From sequence record NC_017969.1: a DNA stretch of 64,000 bases. One strand, 5' to 3'. How positions within the stretch are numbered: the first letter of the stretch is position 1; each line of letters opens with the position of its first letter. The DNA comes from Escherichia phage vB_EcoS_AKFV33. Shown piece after piece: positions 43,900 through 52,857 of the stretch. A program made the position numbers and the translations under genes. Under the pieces are notes generated by a model. That model was not told the DNA's origin. It saw nothing but the letters and a program-made list of their open reading frames with translations, and made no database searches.

Positions 43900-45718
43900 G
43901 ACACTAAAATTTAGTAACGTTATGTCTTACGGTAAGGACATCGTAATCCATTTCGATAAGAATCCAGTTACTCAACTAATTGGGGGCAATGGGCTAGGGA
44001 AATCCACCATTGCTACTGTTATTGAAGAACTCTTTTATAATAAGAACTCACGCGGTATTAAGAAAGATGCTCTGTTCTCTTGGTCTTCCCCGAAAAAAGA
44101 GTATGATATGCACGCTTACTTCTCGAAAGATGAAGATGAGTACGAACTGCATAAAGTAGTTAAATCAACTGCTAAAGTAACTCTTATTAAGAATGGAGAA
44201 GATATTAGTGGACACACGGCAACTCAAACATACAAGATGATTGAAGAGATTATGGGTGGTGACTTCCAAACATTCACCAAACTGATTTATCAATCAGTGG
44301 GTTCCAATCTAGACTTTCTAAAAGCAACAGATGCAACACGTAAGGCTTTTCTTGTTAACTTGTTCAATCAAGAACAGTATAAAGAAATGTCAGAAACTAT
44401 TAAGGCTGACCGTAAAGAAATAGCAAATACCTTAAATAATTTGCAGGGCCAAATGGCTGTAATTACGAAAATCCTTAATGGAAAGAATAATCTGGGAACT
44501 TTGCAGGAACCTGTAGAAGTACCAGAGTTTGATGAAGAGCCATTAGCACAAGAACTTACTGAATCGAAAATTAAGGCGGCATTAGCCAAGTCTCAAGAGG
44601 CTAATATTACTAAATTGCGTAATTTGGACAAAGCTGTACAAGTTGCCGAACAATCTTTCGAGCCTTTCAAAAATTTACCCGCGCCCACTGACCAAAATGA
44701 AGAGATCTCGAGTGTTACGCGTGACCTAACGATTGTGACCTCACGTGCGAGCGAAGTTAAGAAACGTTATCAGAAGTTCAAGCAAGAGGCTTCAAATACT
44801 GAATGTCCTACCTGTGGTACTCATCTGGATACAACTGCTGCGCAAAAAGCAATGGATATGGCTAGAACAGAATATGATCCTCTGTTCAAAGAGAAGCAAT
44901 CTCTTGAAGCTAAGCTAGAACAGTTGAAGAAAGAACAACTTGAGTACGTTGCATATACTAGAGCAAAGGATGCTTTGGATAAGGCAGTAGCAGCTAGAGA
45001 CGAGTTCAAAAATTCAATGAGTGATGCTTCTTTTGAAGAACTCAATGTGCAAATCCTACAGGTGCAAATCCGACAATTAGAACAGGAAATAGCTGATGGA
45101 CGTTCTAAGGTTGCAATTGCTAAAGAACATAATGCAAATGTTGAGTTAGCCAATGCAAAATATAAGGCGAAACTAGAACAGATTGAGAAAGCTGAGGCAG
45201 AAATGTCTGAGATTACTTCCAAACTGGATGGAGTATCAGAAGCTGTTGCTGATCTCGATATTCTGATTGCTGCATTAAAGAATCTAGTAGGATATAAGCT
45301 AGAGCATAGTGTGAAAGTATTTGAAGAACTAATTAATAAATACCTTTCCATTATGACTGGTGGTAAGTTCGCACTTGGATTTGAGCTTGATGAAACAAAA
45401 TTACAAGTAGTAATCTTCAATGATGGAAATCGTACCAGTATGGAGAACTGCTCTACTGGTCAACAGAGTAGAATTAACCTAGCAACCCTGTTAGCTATTC
45501 GGATGCTGTTAACATCTATTAGTAAAGTTAATATTAATCTTCTATTCCTTGATGAAGTAATTAGCTTTATTGATACAAAAGGACTTGATACTCTTGTTGA
45601 ATTATTAAATGAGGAAGAAAGTCTAAATTCTATCATTGTTTCTCATGGGCATACGCATCCACTAGCTCATAAGATTACTGTCAAAAAAGATGCAGAAGGA
45701 TTTTCCTACTTAGAATAA
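43880..45718 (+). CDS. SbcC/Rad50-like ATPase
   Basis: Walker A GGNGLGKST, central CPTCG zinc hook, coiled coils, C-terminal LLFLDEV. Confidence 0.8.
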   Translation: MSKITIKTLKFSNVMSYGKDIVIHFDKNPVTQLIGGNGLGKSTIATVIEELFYNKNSRGIKKDALFSWSSPKKEYDMHAYFSKDEDEYELHKVVKSTAKVTLIKNGEDISGHTATQTYKMIEEIMGGDFQTFTKLIYQSVGSNLDFLKATDATRKAFLVNLFNQEQYKEMSETIKADRKEIANTLNNLQGQMAVITKILNGKNNLGTLQEPVEVPEFDEEPLAQELTESKIKAALAKSQEANITKLRNLDKAVQVAEQSFEPFKNLPAPTDQNEEISSVTRDLTIVTSRASEVKKRYQKFKQEASNTECPTCGTHLDTTAAQKAMDMARTEYDPLFKEKQSLEAKLEQLKKEQLEYVAYTRAKDALDKAVAARDEFKNSMSDASFEELNVQILQVQIRQLEQEIADGRSKVAIAKEHNANVELANAKYKAKLEQIEKAEAEMSEITSKLDGVSEAVADLDILIAALKNLVGYKLEHSVKVFEELINKYLSIMTGGKFALGFELDETKLQVVIFNDGNRTSMENCSTGQQSRINLATLLAIRMLLTSISKVNINLLFLDEVISFIDTKGLDTLVELLNEEESLNSIIVSHGHTHPLAHKITVKKDAEGFSYLE

Positions 45719-45721
45719 AAC

Positions 45722-46204
45722 ATGGCTGTAGATAGTAGAGAGAAAGGTAAACGCGGTGAATATCAGGTAAGAGATATTCTACGTGAGCGTACAGGTCTTG
45801 AGTGGGAACGTGTTCCTGGCTCTGGTGCTTTTGGCCAGAGCCATGGACTGAAGGGTGACATCTACCTTCCACCACAAAGTGGACACATTAGTAAATACTG
45901 CTTCGAAGTTAAGTGGTATAAAGATGATAATATATCAAGTAATTTATTTAATGTTGGTGAATCCACTCTAGAGAAGTGGTGGCAGCAGTGCTCACGTGAA
46001 GGTGAGCAGATGAACTCAAAACCTGCATTAATATTCAAGAAAGACAGAGGACAGTGGTTAATAGCTTTGGATAGCTCAGACCCGATGGTTGACAACTTAA
46101 TGAGTCGTACCCATATGGTGTTAAATAAGAAAGACATGGAAATCGTAATTGGTTTATTTGAGCCGTGGCTACATCATGCATCTGTTGAGGACTTAATTAA
46201 ATAA
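45722..46204 (+). CDS. putative PD-(D/E)xK-type nuclease
   Basis: GDIYL...FEVKW arrangement; position between SbcC-like and flap endonuclease. Confidence 0.5.
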   Translation: MAVDSREKGKRGEYQVRDILRERTGLEWERVPGSGAFGQSHGLKGDIYLPPQSGHISKYCFEVKWYKDDNISSNLFNVGESTLEKWWQQCSREGEQMNSKPALIFKKDRGQWLIALDSSDPMVDNLMSRTHMVLNKKDMEIVIGLFEPWLHHASVEDLIK

Positions 46205-47079
46205 TGAGTAAATCCTGGGGAAAATTTATTGAAGAAGAGGAAGCTGAAATGGCTTCCCGTCGTAACCTAATGATTGTCGATGGAACTAACTTAGGCTTTC
46301 GCTTCAAACATAACAATAGTAAAAAACCATTTGCCTCAAGTTATGTTTCCACTATTCAGTCTCTAGCAAAATCTTATTCTGCTAGAACTACAATAGTTTT
46401 AGGGGATAAAGGGAAGTCTGCATTCCGCTTAGAGCATCTACCAGAGTATAAAGGGAATCGAGATGAGAAATACTCTCAGCGTACGGAAGAGGAGAAAGCG
46501 TTAGATGAGCAGTTCTTCGAGTATTTGAAAGATGCTTTCGAACTATGTGAAACTACATTCCCAACTTTCACTATTCGTGGTGTAGAAGCAGATGATATGG
46601 CAGCTTATATTGTTAAGCTGATCGGGCATCTATATGATCACGTTTGGCTGATTTCTACTGACGGTGACTGGGATACTTTATTAACTGATAAAGTATCTCG
46701 CTTCTCTTTCACAACACGTCGTGAATACCATCTTCGTGATATGTATGAGCATCATAATGTTGACGATGTAGAGCAGTTTATCTCTCTGAAAGCAATTATG
46801 GGTGATTTAGGAGATAATATCCGTGGTGTTGAAGGTATTGGGGCAAAACGCGGATATAATATTATTCGTGAATTTGGTAACGTTCTGGATATTATTGATC
46901 AGCTTCCACTGCCTGGAAAACAGAAATATATACAGAATTTAAATGCTTCGGAAGAATTGCTTTATCGAAACCTAATTCTGGTTGATTTACCTACCTACTG
47001 TGTGGATGCTATTGCTGCTGTAGGTCAAGATGTATTAGATAAGTTTACAAAAGATATTTTGGAGATTGCAAAACAATGA
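46204..47079 (+). CDS. 5'-3' exonuclease / flap endonuclease (T5 D15-like)
   Basis: N-terminus MSKSWGKFIEEEE...NLMIVDGTNLGFR matches remembered T5 D15. Confidence 0.85.
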   Translation: MSKSWGKFIEEEEAEMASRRNLMIVDGTNLGFRFKHNNSKKPFASSYVSTIQSLAKSYSARTTIVLGDKGKSAFRLEHLPEYKGNRDEKYSQRTEEEKALDEQFFEYLKDAFELCETTFPTFTIRGVEADDMAAYIVKLIGHLYDHVWLISTDGDWDTLLTDKVSRFSFTTRREYHLRDMYEHHNVDDVEQFISLKAIMGDLGDNIRGVEGIGAKRGYNIIREFGNVLDIIDQLPLPGKQKYIQNLNASEELLYRNLILVDLPTYCVDAIAAVGQDVLDKFTKDILEIAKQ

Positions 47080-47522
47080 TTAAAATTAAACTAACTCATC
47101 CAGATTGTATGCCTAAGATTGGTTCCGAAGATGCCGCAGGTATGGATCTGCGAGCATTCTTTGGTACTAACCCTGCTGCAGATTTACGTGCTATTGCACC
47201 AGGCAAATCCTTAATGATTGACACCGGTGTCGCGGTAGAAATTCCGCGAGGTTGGTTCGGTTTGGTAGTTCCACGTAGTTCTTTAGGTAAACGCCATCTG
47301 ATGATTGCAAATACAGCAGGGGTGATCGACTCAGACTATCGTGGAACTATTAAGATGAACCTGTTCAACTACGGTTCTGAAATTCAAACTCTGGAGAATT
47401 TTGAAAGACTTTGTCAGCTAGTAGTAGTACCACACTACTCAACTCATAATTTTGAAATCGTTGACGAACTAGGAGAGACTAATCGTGGGGAAGGTGGATT
47501 TGGAAGTTCAGGAAGCAAATAA
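47076..47522 (+). CDS. dut: dUTPase
   Basis: dUTPase motifs AAGMDLRA, PRSSLG, GVIDSDYRG. Confidence 0.9.
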   Translation: MIKIKLTHPDCMPKIGSEDAAGMDLRAFFGTNPAADLRAIAPGKSLMIDTGVAVEIPRGWFGLVVPRSSLGKRHLMIANTAGVIDSDYRGTIKMNLFNYGSEIQTLENFERLCQLVVVPHYSTHNFEIVDELGETNRGEGGFGSSGSK

Positions 47523-47748
47523 TTTTACTGATCCTAATATGATAGGTATTGATACTAATATGTCAACTTATCAGATTAAAACTGCTGAACCAGAAACGGT
47601 TGTACTAAAAACAGATAAAGAAGGTAATGTTATTTTCTGGGATCCTGAAGGTTTTGTGAATCTTTGTACTAATACAGATAATGAGCATTTAAAAATACTA
47701 TTAGCTATTTATAATCTTGGTATTATAGAAGGTTGTAGAAGAGAATAA
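47485..47748 (+). CDS. hypothetical protein (87 aa or shorter)
   Basis: ORF track; followed by bidirectional terminator. Confidence 0.3.
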   Translation: MGKVDLEVQEANNFTDPNMIGIDTNMSTYQIKTAEPETVVLKTDKEGNVIFWDPEGFVNLCTNTDNEHLKILLAIYNLGIIEGCRRE

Positions 47749-47751
47749 TAG

Positions 47752-47788
47752 AAAAAACCCCAGCGGATTTTGTCCGCTGGGGTTTCTT
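47752..47788. terminator. bidirectional rho-independent terminator between convergent units
   Basis: AAAAAA-CCCCAGCGG-ATTTTGT-CCGCTGGGG-TTTCTT. Confidence 0.65.
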
Positions 47789-48123
47789 ATTATGATATTA
47801 GCTAATATTTTTAGTTTGCCCCTATTTGAGTGGGTTATTTAGATGTTTTTAGTGCCACTATCCCTGCCACCAAATCCTACGTTTGTCTACTTAGATACTA
47901 GACAAATCCTAGTAGACTACAAGGGTTGGGGCTACTCTAGGCCTATCTCTACCATGCCAGGATCATGAATGCCTTTTAAGCTCCGTTGTTATATTTGGTA
48001 TATTAAAATACTATACCCTCTCGTTGGCGATAACACCGAAGTTGGCCATACATATTACGGCCAACATCAGAATAGGATAGAAAATTCTACATCTACAGAA
48101 TTTTTATAGGAATCCAGGTAACG

Positions 48124-49797
48124 TTACTTCTGTACCATTAGGTTGACCAGCTCTCTGAGTTCAGCTAATTCAGCTTTCACCTCAGCCAACTCCCTATCCT
48201 GCTCCTGTACTACTGCCACGATATCTGCTAGTATCGCACGATCGTTCAGGTTGAGCATTCCAGACATGCTACCGGAAAACGCGTAAATCTCATCCGCTTC
48301 TTTAGCTTCCTGAGCAATAAATCCTCGATCTTTACGCCCATCTGATAGCCATTCAAACTCACGCGCAATAAGGTGGTTAATACGGTCGCGGGGGGTGTTA
48401 CCTTCCGTATTGGTGATGTCTGTGATCTTGTCTTTTAGGCGACGATCTGAACCGCCAGGTTGGATAAGGCCTAAATTAGTGTCGATACATGAATTTTCCC
48501 ATTTAAACGCCCAATATTTATTACCGCCTACGGCTCTAGTAATATTTAGTTGTACGGCTCTAAATTGTGTACTACCTTCACGTATGCCACCAAATTCCCA
48601 TCTATCATCATACCAATGACCACGAATAATATTTACGTAGGTATTACCTTCGCTACTAGGAGTAACATTGAAAAACTCGATGGCGTTGGGCTCTCCAGTA
48701 TTACCTACATAGAAACCACCTAGCCCTGGAACCGTTACCGCACCACCTGAGCTAACAGACATTACCTCCCTAGACGTACCTTCTTGTCCTTTCACTTCAA
48801 GCGCAGAATAAAAATCTGTCCCAAAACGGATCTTGGTACGCAATTGTGAGACGTATGCTTCCGCACCTGCAATATTGTACACAGATCGCACAGCGCCGCC
48901 ATATGCCGTTACGCCGCTTGCGGGTTCGGTTGCATCGCCATTAATGACACTCCATGATGTATTTGCTGCAATAAATCCACCGGACGCACGGATTACCCAC
49001 ACACCGACAAAGTTGCGCGTAAGGATTTCATCAGTGGATGCGCCATAAATCGGACTTGAAATTGAAGCATTGAAGTCACAGGTGTTATAACGTCCAGAAA
49101 GAGCTGTACTTCCTGGTGGGATTCCGTCACCTCTTCCGTCAGGGAAAGCATTATTGCTTGCATTAAAACAACCACCTGTTTGACCTAATACTTGGCCGTA
49201 GGTTTGAGAGGCATAAGTGGTGAAAAAACCTGTAATATTAGGCGCAGCGGATTCGAACAGTTGCCCATTTGCACCACTATTCCCACCATCTCCACGGCCA
49301 TAAAGAGCACGTATTGATCCCTCCTGCACCCCATTCTTATCTGGAACACGAAAGGTTGTTGTCCCATCCCCAGATGAGTACTTACCACGCTGAAATTTAT
49401 CCGCTAACCATACGGAATCCTCTATAACACCAACCATTTGAGCGTATGCCCAAAGCTCCGGCCAGTCAGCCCTGTTAAGAAGCTGCCCATCAGAAACTAC
49501 TTCATAAGGTTGAATATACGCACGGCTATCGCGAAGGTGGAAATCACCAACACCGTAATTCATAACACCATTCATAGTGGGACCGACTGTACCGGTGTTA
49601 ATCTTATTCTCTACCCAACGTTTAGTTGCGGCATCATAGTCCCCAACAGGATCTCCCGCAAGAGGGGTGGACCCAATAGGACGCACATTTAACCATGCTG
49701 CTGCACGGTCTGCAAGATCGGATAAATTGTTGTTTTTATCCATCTTTTCGTCTTTAAGTTTTGTAATATCCTGGGGGATATTAGTATAAGTAGTCAT
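48124..49797 (-). CDS. L-shaped tail fibre protein B-like, C-terminal intramolecular chaperone (S74-type)
   Basis: C-terminal ...RINHLIAREFEWLSDGRKDRGFIAQEAKE... then coiled-coil tail; GAGGTG RBS. Confidence 0.65.
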   Translation of the reverse strand: MTTYTNIPQDITKLKDEKMDKNNNLSDLADRAAAWLNVRPIGSTPLAGDPVGDYDAATKRWVENKINTGTVGPTMNGVMNYGVGDFHLRDSRAYIQPYEVVSDGQLLNRADWPELWAYAQMVGVIEDSVWLADKFQRGKYSSGDGTTTFRVPDKNGVQEGSIRALYGRGDGGNSGANGQLFESAAPNITGFFTTYASQTYGQVLGQTGGCFNASNNAFPDGRGDGIPPGSTALSGRYNTCDFNASISSPIYGASTDEILTRNFVGVWVIRASGGFIAANTSWSVINGDATEPASGVTAYGGAVRSVYNIAGAEAYVSQLRTKIRFGTDFYSALEVKGQEGTSREVMSVSSGGAVTVPGLGGFYVGNTGEPNAIEFFNVTPSSEGNTYVNIIRGHWYDDRWEFGGIREGSTQFRAVQLNITRAVGGNKYWAFKWENSCIDTNLGLIQPGGSDRRLKDKITDITNTEGNTPRDRINHLIAREFEWLSDGRKDRGFIAQEAKEADEIYAFSGSMSGMLNLNDRAILADIVAVVQEQDRELAEVKAELAELRELVNLMVQK

Positions 49798-49807
49798 TAA
49801 TCACCTC

Positions 49808-50074
49808 TTATGCCCATTTGCGTACACCGGGATTCTCAATAATGAATTGTTCGATGTCTGACAAGTCTATATTATCTCCTACTATCCTTATATTTATGTA
49901 ATAACCTTCTTTACCAATAATAGCAGGGGTTTTACTTTTAGGGTCGTCTACCATGGGGATAAAACCAATTTCATCTATAAACACGTTACCGTAGTTTGTC
50001 TTAAGCCACCCACTATCAACGACAACATCCCGATAATGTTTTTCATCCTTGAATTGTAAATTAATATCTTTCAC
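49808..50074 (-). CDS. 88-codon ORF contiguous and in frame with upstream fibre gene
   Basis: GTG start is the codon immediately after the TAA of 50075-52429. Confidence 0.4.
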   Translation of the reverse strand: MKDINLQFKDEKHYRDVVVDSGWLKTNYGNVFIDEIGFIPMVDDPKSKTPAIIGKEGYYINIRIVGDNIDLSDIEQFIIENPGVRKWA

Positions 50075-52429
50075 TTAAACTTTCTCCCGCATTTGACTAT
50101 CTGTTAATACTCTATTCCATATTCTAAGGTTACGAATATGACCATACAATTTAGTTGAATCTGAAGGTCTACCGCCTATTTCTACTAACGAGTCCGAGTC
50201 CGTTCCTTTCCAGGTAGAACCGTGTGAGGTACCACCCTTATTCCCATTAACAAACGAGGTGACATCTCCATTACCACTAAAAATAAAACCAAATACATGA
50301 GGAGAAAATTGTTTTTCAAATGCATAACCTCTGGATAATATAGTTGATCCACCCTCATTTACCACATACGCGTAAGGTGTAGCGGAGGTACTGTCAAATT
50401 CCGCAACAAATGCTTTTCCTTCTACGTAGTATGGCTTATTATCAATTATCATTGGGTATGTATTATTTAGTTGAAAGCTATCCCAGTTAATACTTACCTC
50501 AGCAAGTAATGAAATATTAGTTCCTGAGAAATTATTTCTTGCAGGTATAGTAATATAATCTACAGCCCTTGTTGCAGGTGTACTCCCCGTAATAATGAAG
50601 GAGGATGCACAAAACCCTTTTTCAAATTGCGGGGTACAAAATGATATTGTATCTCCAACCTGTACAGGTTGATCATTCTCCCTACAATAATTTACAGATC
50701 CAATAGAGTTACCACCACGTTCTACAAATTTACATGTAGCTTCAACTTTCAACCATCCGTTGTCTTCTCTATATATTCTATGTGTTATAGTACCTCTCCC
50801 TTCTACTACAGAAGAAACTTCACCGGTTTCGCAACTTATGAAAGATCTAGCGCCGAGAATAAGACCTCCGTCCTCACCTACTAAATAAAATTGCGGTGTG
50901 ATATAGATACCCAAGTTTGCTTTTACTCGTATAGATAAAGAAACGTATTCATTTTGCTGACAGTTGATTGCATTTACTGTTTCACAATAAAATAATGAAG
51001 GATACTCACCTTGTGCTTTTTCGTTTACTGTCGCCGTTGCATATGCAAAACCATACTTATCAATATTATAAGTAACATCACTACGGTATTTATCCGTATT
51101 TAATGAAGCGGGGTCATTACTATAAGTGATATAGTTTGTCCGCTGGCCTTCAATTAAGAGTCCTTGCTTTTCAAATCTAGGCTCATCGATATTGGCAATA
51201 CAAAACTCACCGTGTTTGTTTATATATGTTGCATTTGATGCGCGGGAGAAACTGACAACCTTATCCGAGGGCATTGTAATAACATCTTCACCAACTGTTA
51301 TTTTCTTGTATCCTGGCGAGTAACCTGCAAGCATATCAAGCGAGTCATTAAAGGGAATCCATACGTCAGGGAATGGTTGAAGATCCGGACCCCTGTTAGC
51401 TGCAACTTCCGCACGGTCTGCTTCTGCTTTTGCACGGTCTGCTTCTGCCTTAGAGCTGTTTGCACTACCAGCAGCATTGCTAGCTTGTTGCCCGGCCTCA
51501 ATAGCACTATTACCAGCTTGTGTAGCAGAAGCAGCAGCTTGGTTTTTTAAAGCTGTTGTATCAGATACCGCGCTATCCTTAATACCTTGTGTATCCGTTT
51601 TTAATTGCTCAACATCTGCTTTTAAAGTTGTTATCTCGGATACCGCGCTATTTTTAATGGCCTGGGTATCAGATTTTAACTGTTCTACATCCGCTTTTAA
51701 AGCTGTTGTCTCTGTTACAGCACTATTTTTAATGGCCTGGGTATCAGATTTTAACTGTTCGACATCTGATTTAAGTCCTTGAATAGCAGCTACAGATTGG
51801 CTGGCAGAAGTTGCAGATCCAGCAGCATTAGTTTCACTAGTCTTCGCATTAGTTTCGCTAGTCTTCGAGTTGGTTTCAGAGATTTTTGCCGCAGATGCCG
51901 ATGCAGCAGCTTGCCCAGAAAATATTTCCGCCTCATTCCTAAAACCGCTAGAATCAGCCGCTGATTGAGCTGCATTAGTCTCACTTGCCTTTGCATTAGT
52001 CTCACTAATTTTTGCAGCAGCAGCTGATGCGTCTTCACTAGTCTTCGCATTAGTTTCGCTAGTCTTCGAGTTGGTTTCAGAGGTTTTTGCAGCTGCAGCT
52101 GATTCTGCAGATTTAGTAGCAGAAGCGGCAGACTGAGTAGCAGAAGTAGCTGATTGAGTAGCAGAAGCTTCTGAAGCTCCAGCGGAAATAGCAGCATCAT
52201 TTTCAGATTCTTTAGCATTAAGTTCTGAGGTTTTAGCAGCTATTTCAGAATCTTTTGCAGCCGCAGCAGATTTAGCGGCGGCCTCTATAGAAGATACTAA
52301 CTCATTAGCAGTAATAGAGCTAATAGAATTTCCAAGAGTTACTGTGTATCTAGGAAATTTACTAGCAGTAGCTTTAGTATCATCAATATTTAATATTTGT
52401 TGTACAATAATCTTAGTAGTTATTGCCAT
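50075..52429 (-). CDS. L-shaped tail fibre protein A-like (Ala/Ser-rich repeats)
   Basis: N-terminal SETN/AKTS repeats and three 25-aa repeats; no C-terminal chaperone domain. Confidence 0.65.
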   Translation of the reverse strand: MAITTKIIVQQILNIDDTKATASKFPRYTVTLGNSISSITANELVSSIEAAAKSAAAAKDSEIAAKTSELNAKESENDAAISAGASEASATQSATSATQSAASATKSAESAAAAKTSETNSKTSETNAKTSEDASAAAAKISETNAKASETNAAQSAADSSGFRNEAEIFSGQAAASASAAKISETNSKTSETNAKTSETNAAGSATSASQSVAAIQGLKSDVEQLKSDTQAIKNSAVTETTALKADVEQLKSDTQAIKNSAVSEITTLKADVEQLKTDTQGIKDSAVSDTTALKNQAAASATQAGNSAIEAGQQASNAAGSANSSKAEADRAKAEADRAEVAANRGPDLQPFPDVWIPFNDSLDMLAGYSPGYKKITVGEDVITMPSDKVVSFSRASNATYINKHGEFCIANIDEPRFEKQGLLIEGQRTNYITYSNDPASLNTDKYRSDVTYNIDKYGFAYATATVNEKAQGEYPSLFYCETVNAINCQQNEYVSLSIRVKANLGIYITPQFYLVGEDGGLILGARSFISCETGEVSSVVEGRGTITHRIYREDNGWLKVEATCKFVERGGNSIGSVNYCRENDQPVQVGDTISFCTPQFEKGFCASSFIITGSTPATRAVDYITIPARNNFSGTNISLLAEVSINWDSFQLNNTYPMIIDNKPYYVEGKAFVAEFDSTSATPYAYVVNEGGSTILSRGYAFEKQFSPHVFGFIFSGNGDVTSFVNGNKGGTSHGSTWKGTDSDSLVEIGGRPSDSTKLYGHIRNLRIWNRVLTDSQMREKV
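51545..51775 (-). repeat. intragenic tandem repeat, three copies of ~75 nt
   Basis: near-identical 75-nt units encoding 25-aa repeats within fibre gene. Confidence 0.7.
51835..52083 (-). repeat. intragenic dispersed direct repeat (~48 nt, two copies ~200 nt apart)
   Basis: CACTAGTCTTCGCATTAGTTTCGCTAGTCTTCGAGTTGGTTTCAGAG at 51835 and 52036. Confidence 0.65.
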
Positions 52430-52851
52430 TATCTAGTTACCCCATCACTGATAAATACTTTACCCTCCATTATACGAAAAGAGCTAATAGCTGATCCTAT
52501 GACATCTCGTGTCATAATTATATCATAGTATCCTGCAAAACGTTGGCGAGGGTTATACTTATCTCTCTCTTTGGTAGCTTTTTCACCGATATTATCTATA
52601 GCCTCTACAGGTAAACTTATAGCTATAGCACCTTGAGCAGCATCAATAATTTTAGTAGTAAAAGATGCCAAAGTTTCCGCGTTCTCATCAAGCCCGGCCT
52701 TTATAGTACCCCTTAGGGAATACCCTGTTAAGTTAACAGGGGTATTTGTAGGTGGATAAGTACTATCATCAACATCTAAGAATTGCATCATTAGACCATA
52801 AGGTACTTTCTCATCTATCACTAAGTCTATAACTCTATTTTCAGTACTCAT
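52429..52851 (-). CDS. tail collar protein (T5 p132-like, 140 aa)
   Basis: size and position match T5 tail gene order. Confidence 0.5.
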   Translation of the reverse strand: MSTENRVIDLVIDEKVPYGLMMQFLDVDDSTYPPTNTPVNLTGYSLRGTIKAGLDENAETLASFTTKIIDAAQGAIAISLPVEAIDNIGEKATKERDKYNPRQRFAGYYDIIMTRDVIGSAISSFRIMEGKVFISDGVTR

Positions 52852-52857
52852 TATTTA

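Noticed and set aside
44821-45420. Minus-strand 199-aa ORF inside the SbcC-like gene
   Set aside because: Antisense to a gene with clear Walker A, zinc hook and Walker B; Ser/Cys-rich translation
51545-52083. Possible CRISPR array
   Set aside because: The repeats are 75-nt and 48-nt coding repeats in frame inside a fibre gene, with no spacer/repeat alternation and no cas genes; no CRISPR array was seen anywhere in the window
51477-52218. ORFs 51477-51782 (+), 51779-51964 (+), 51790-52218 (-) in the fibre repeat region
   Set aside because: Artifacts of the repetitive Ala/Ser-rich coding sequence; the long frame carries the fibre signature
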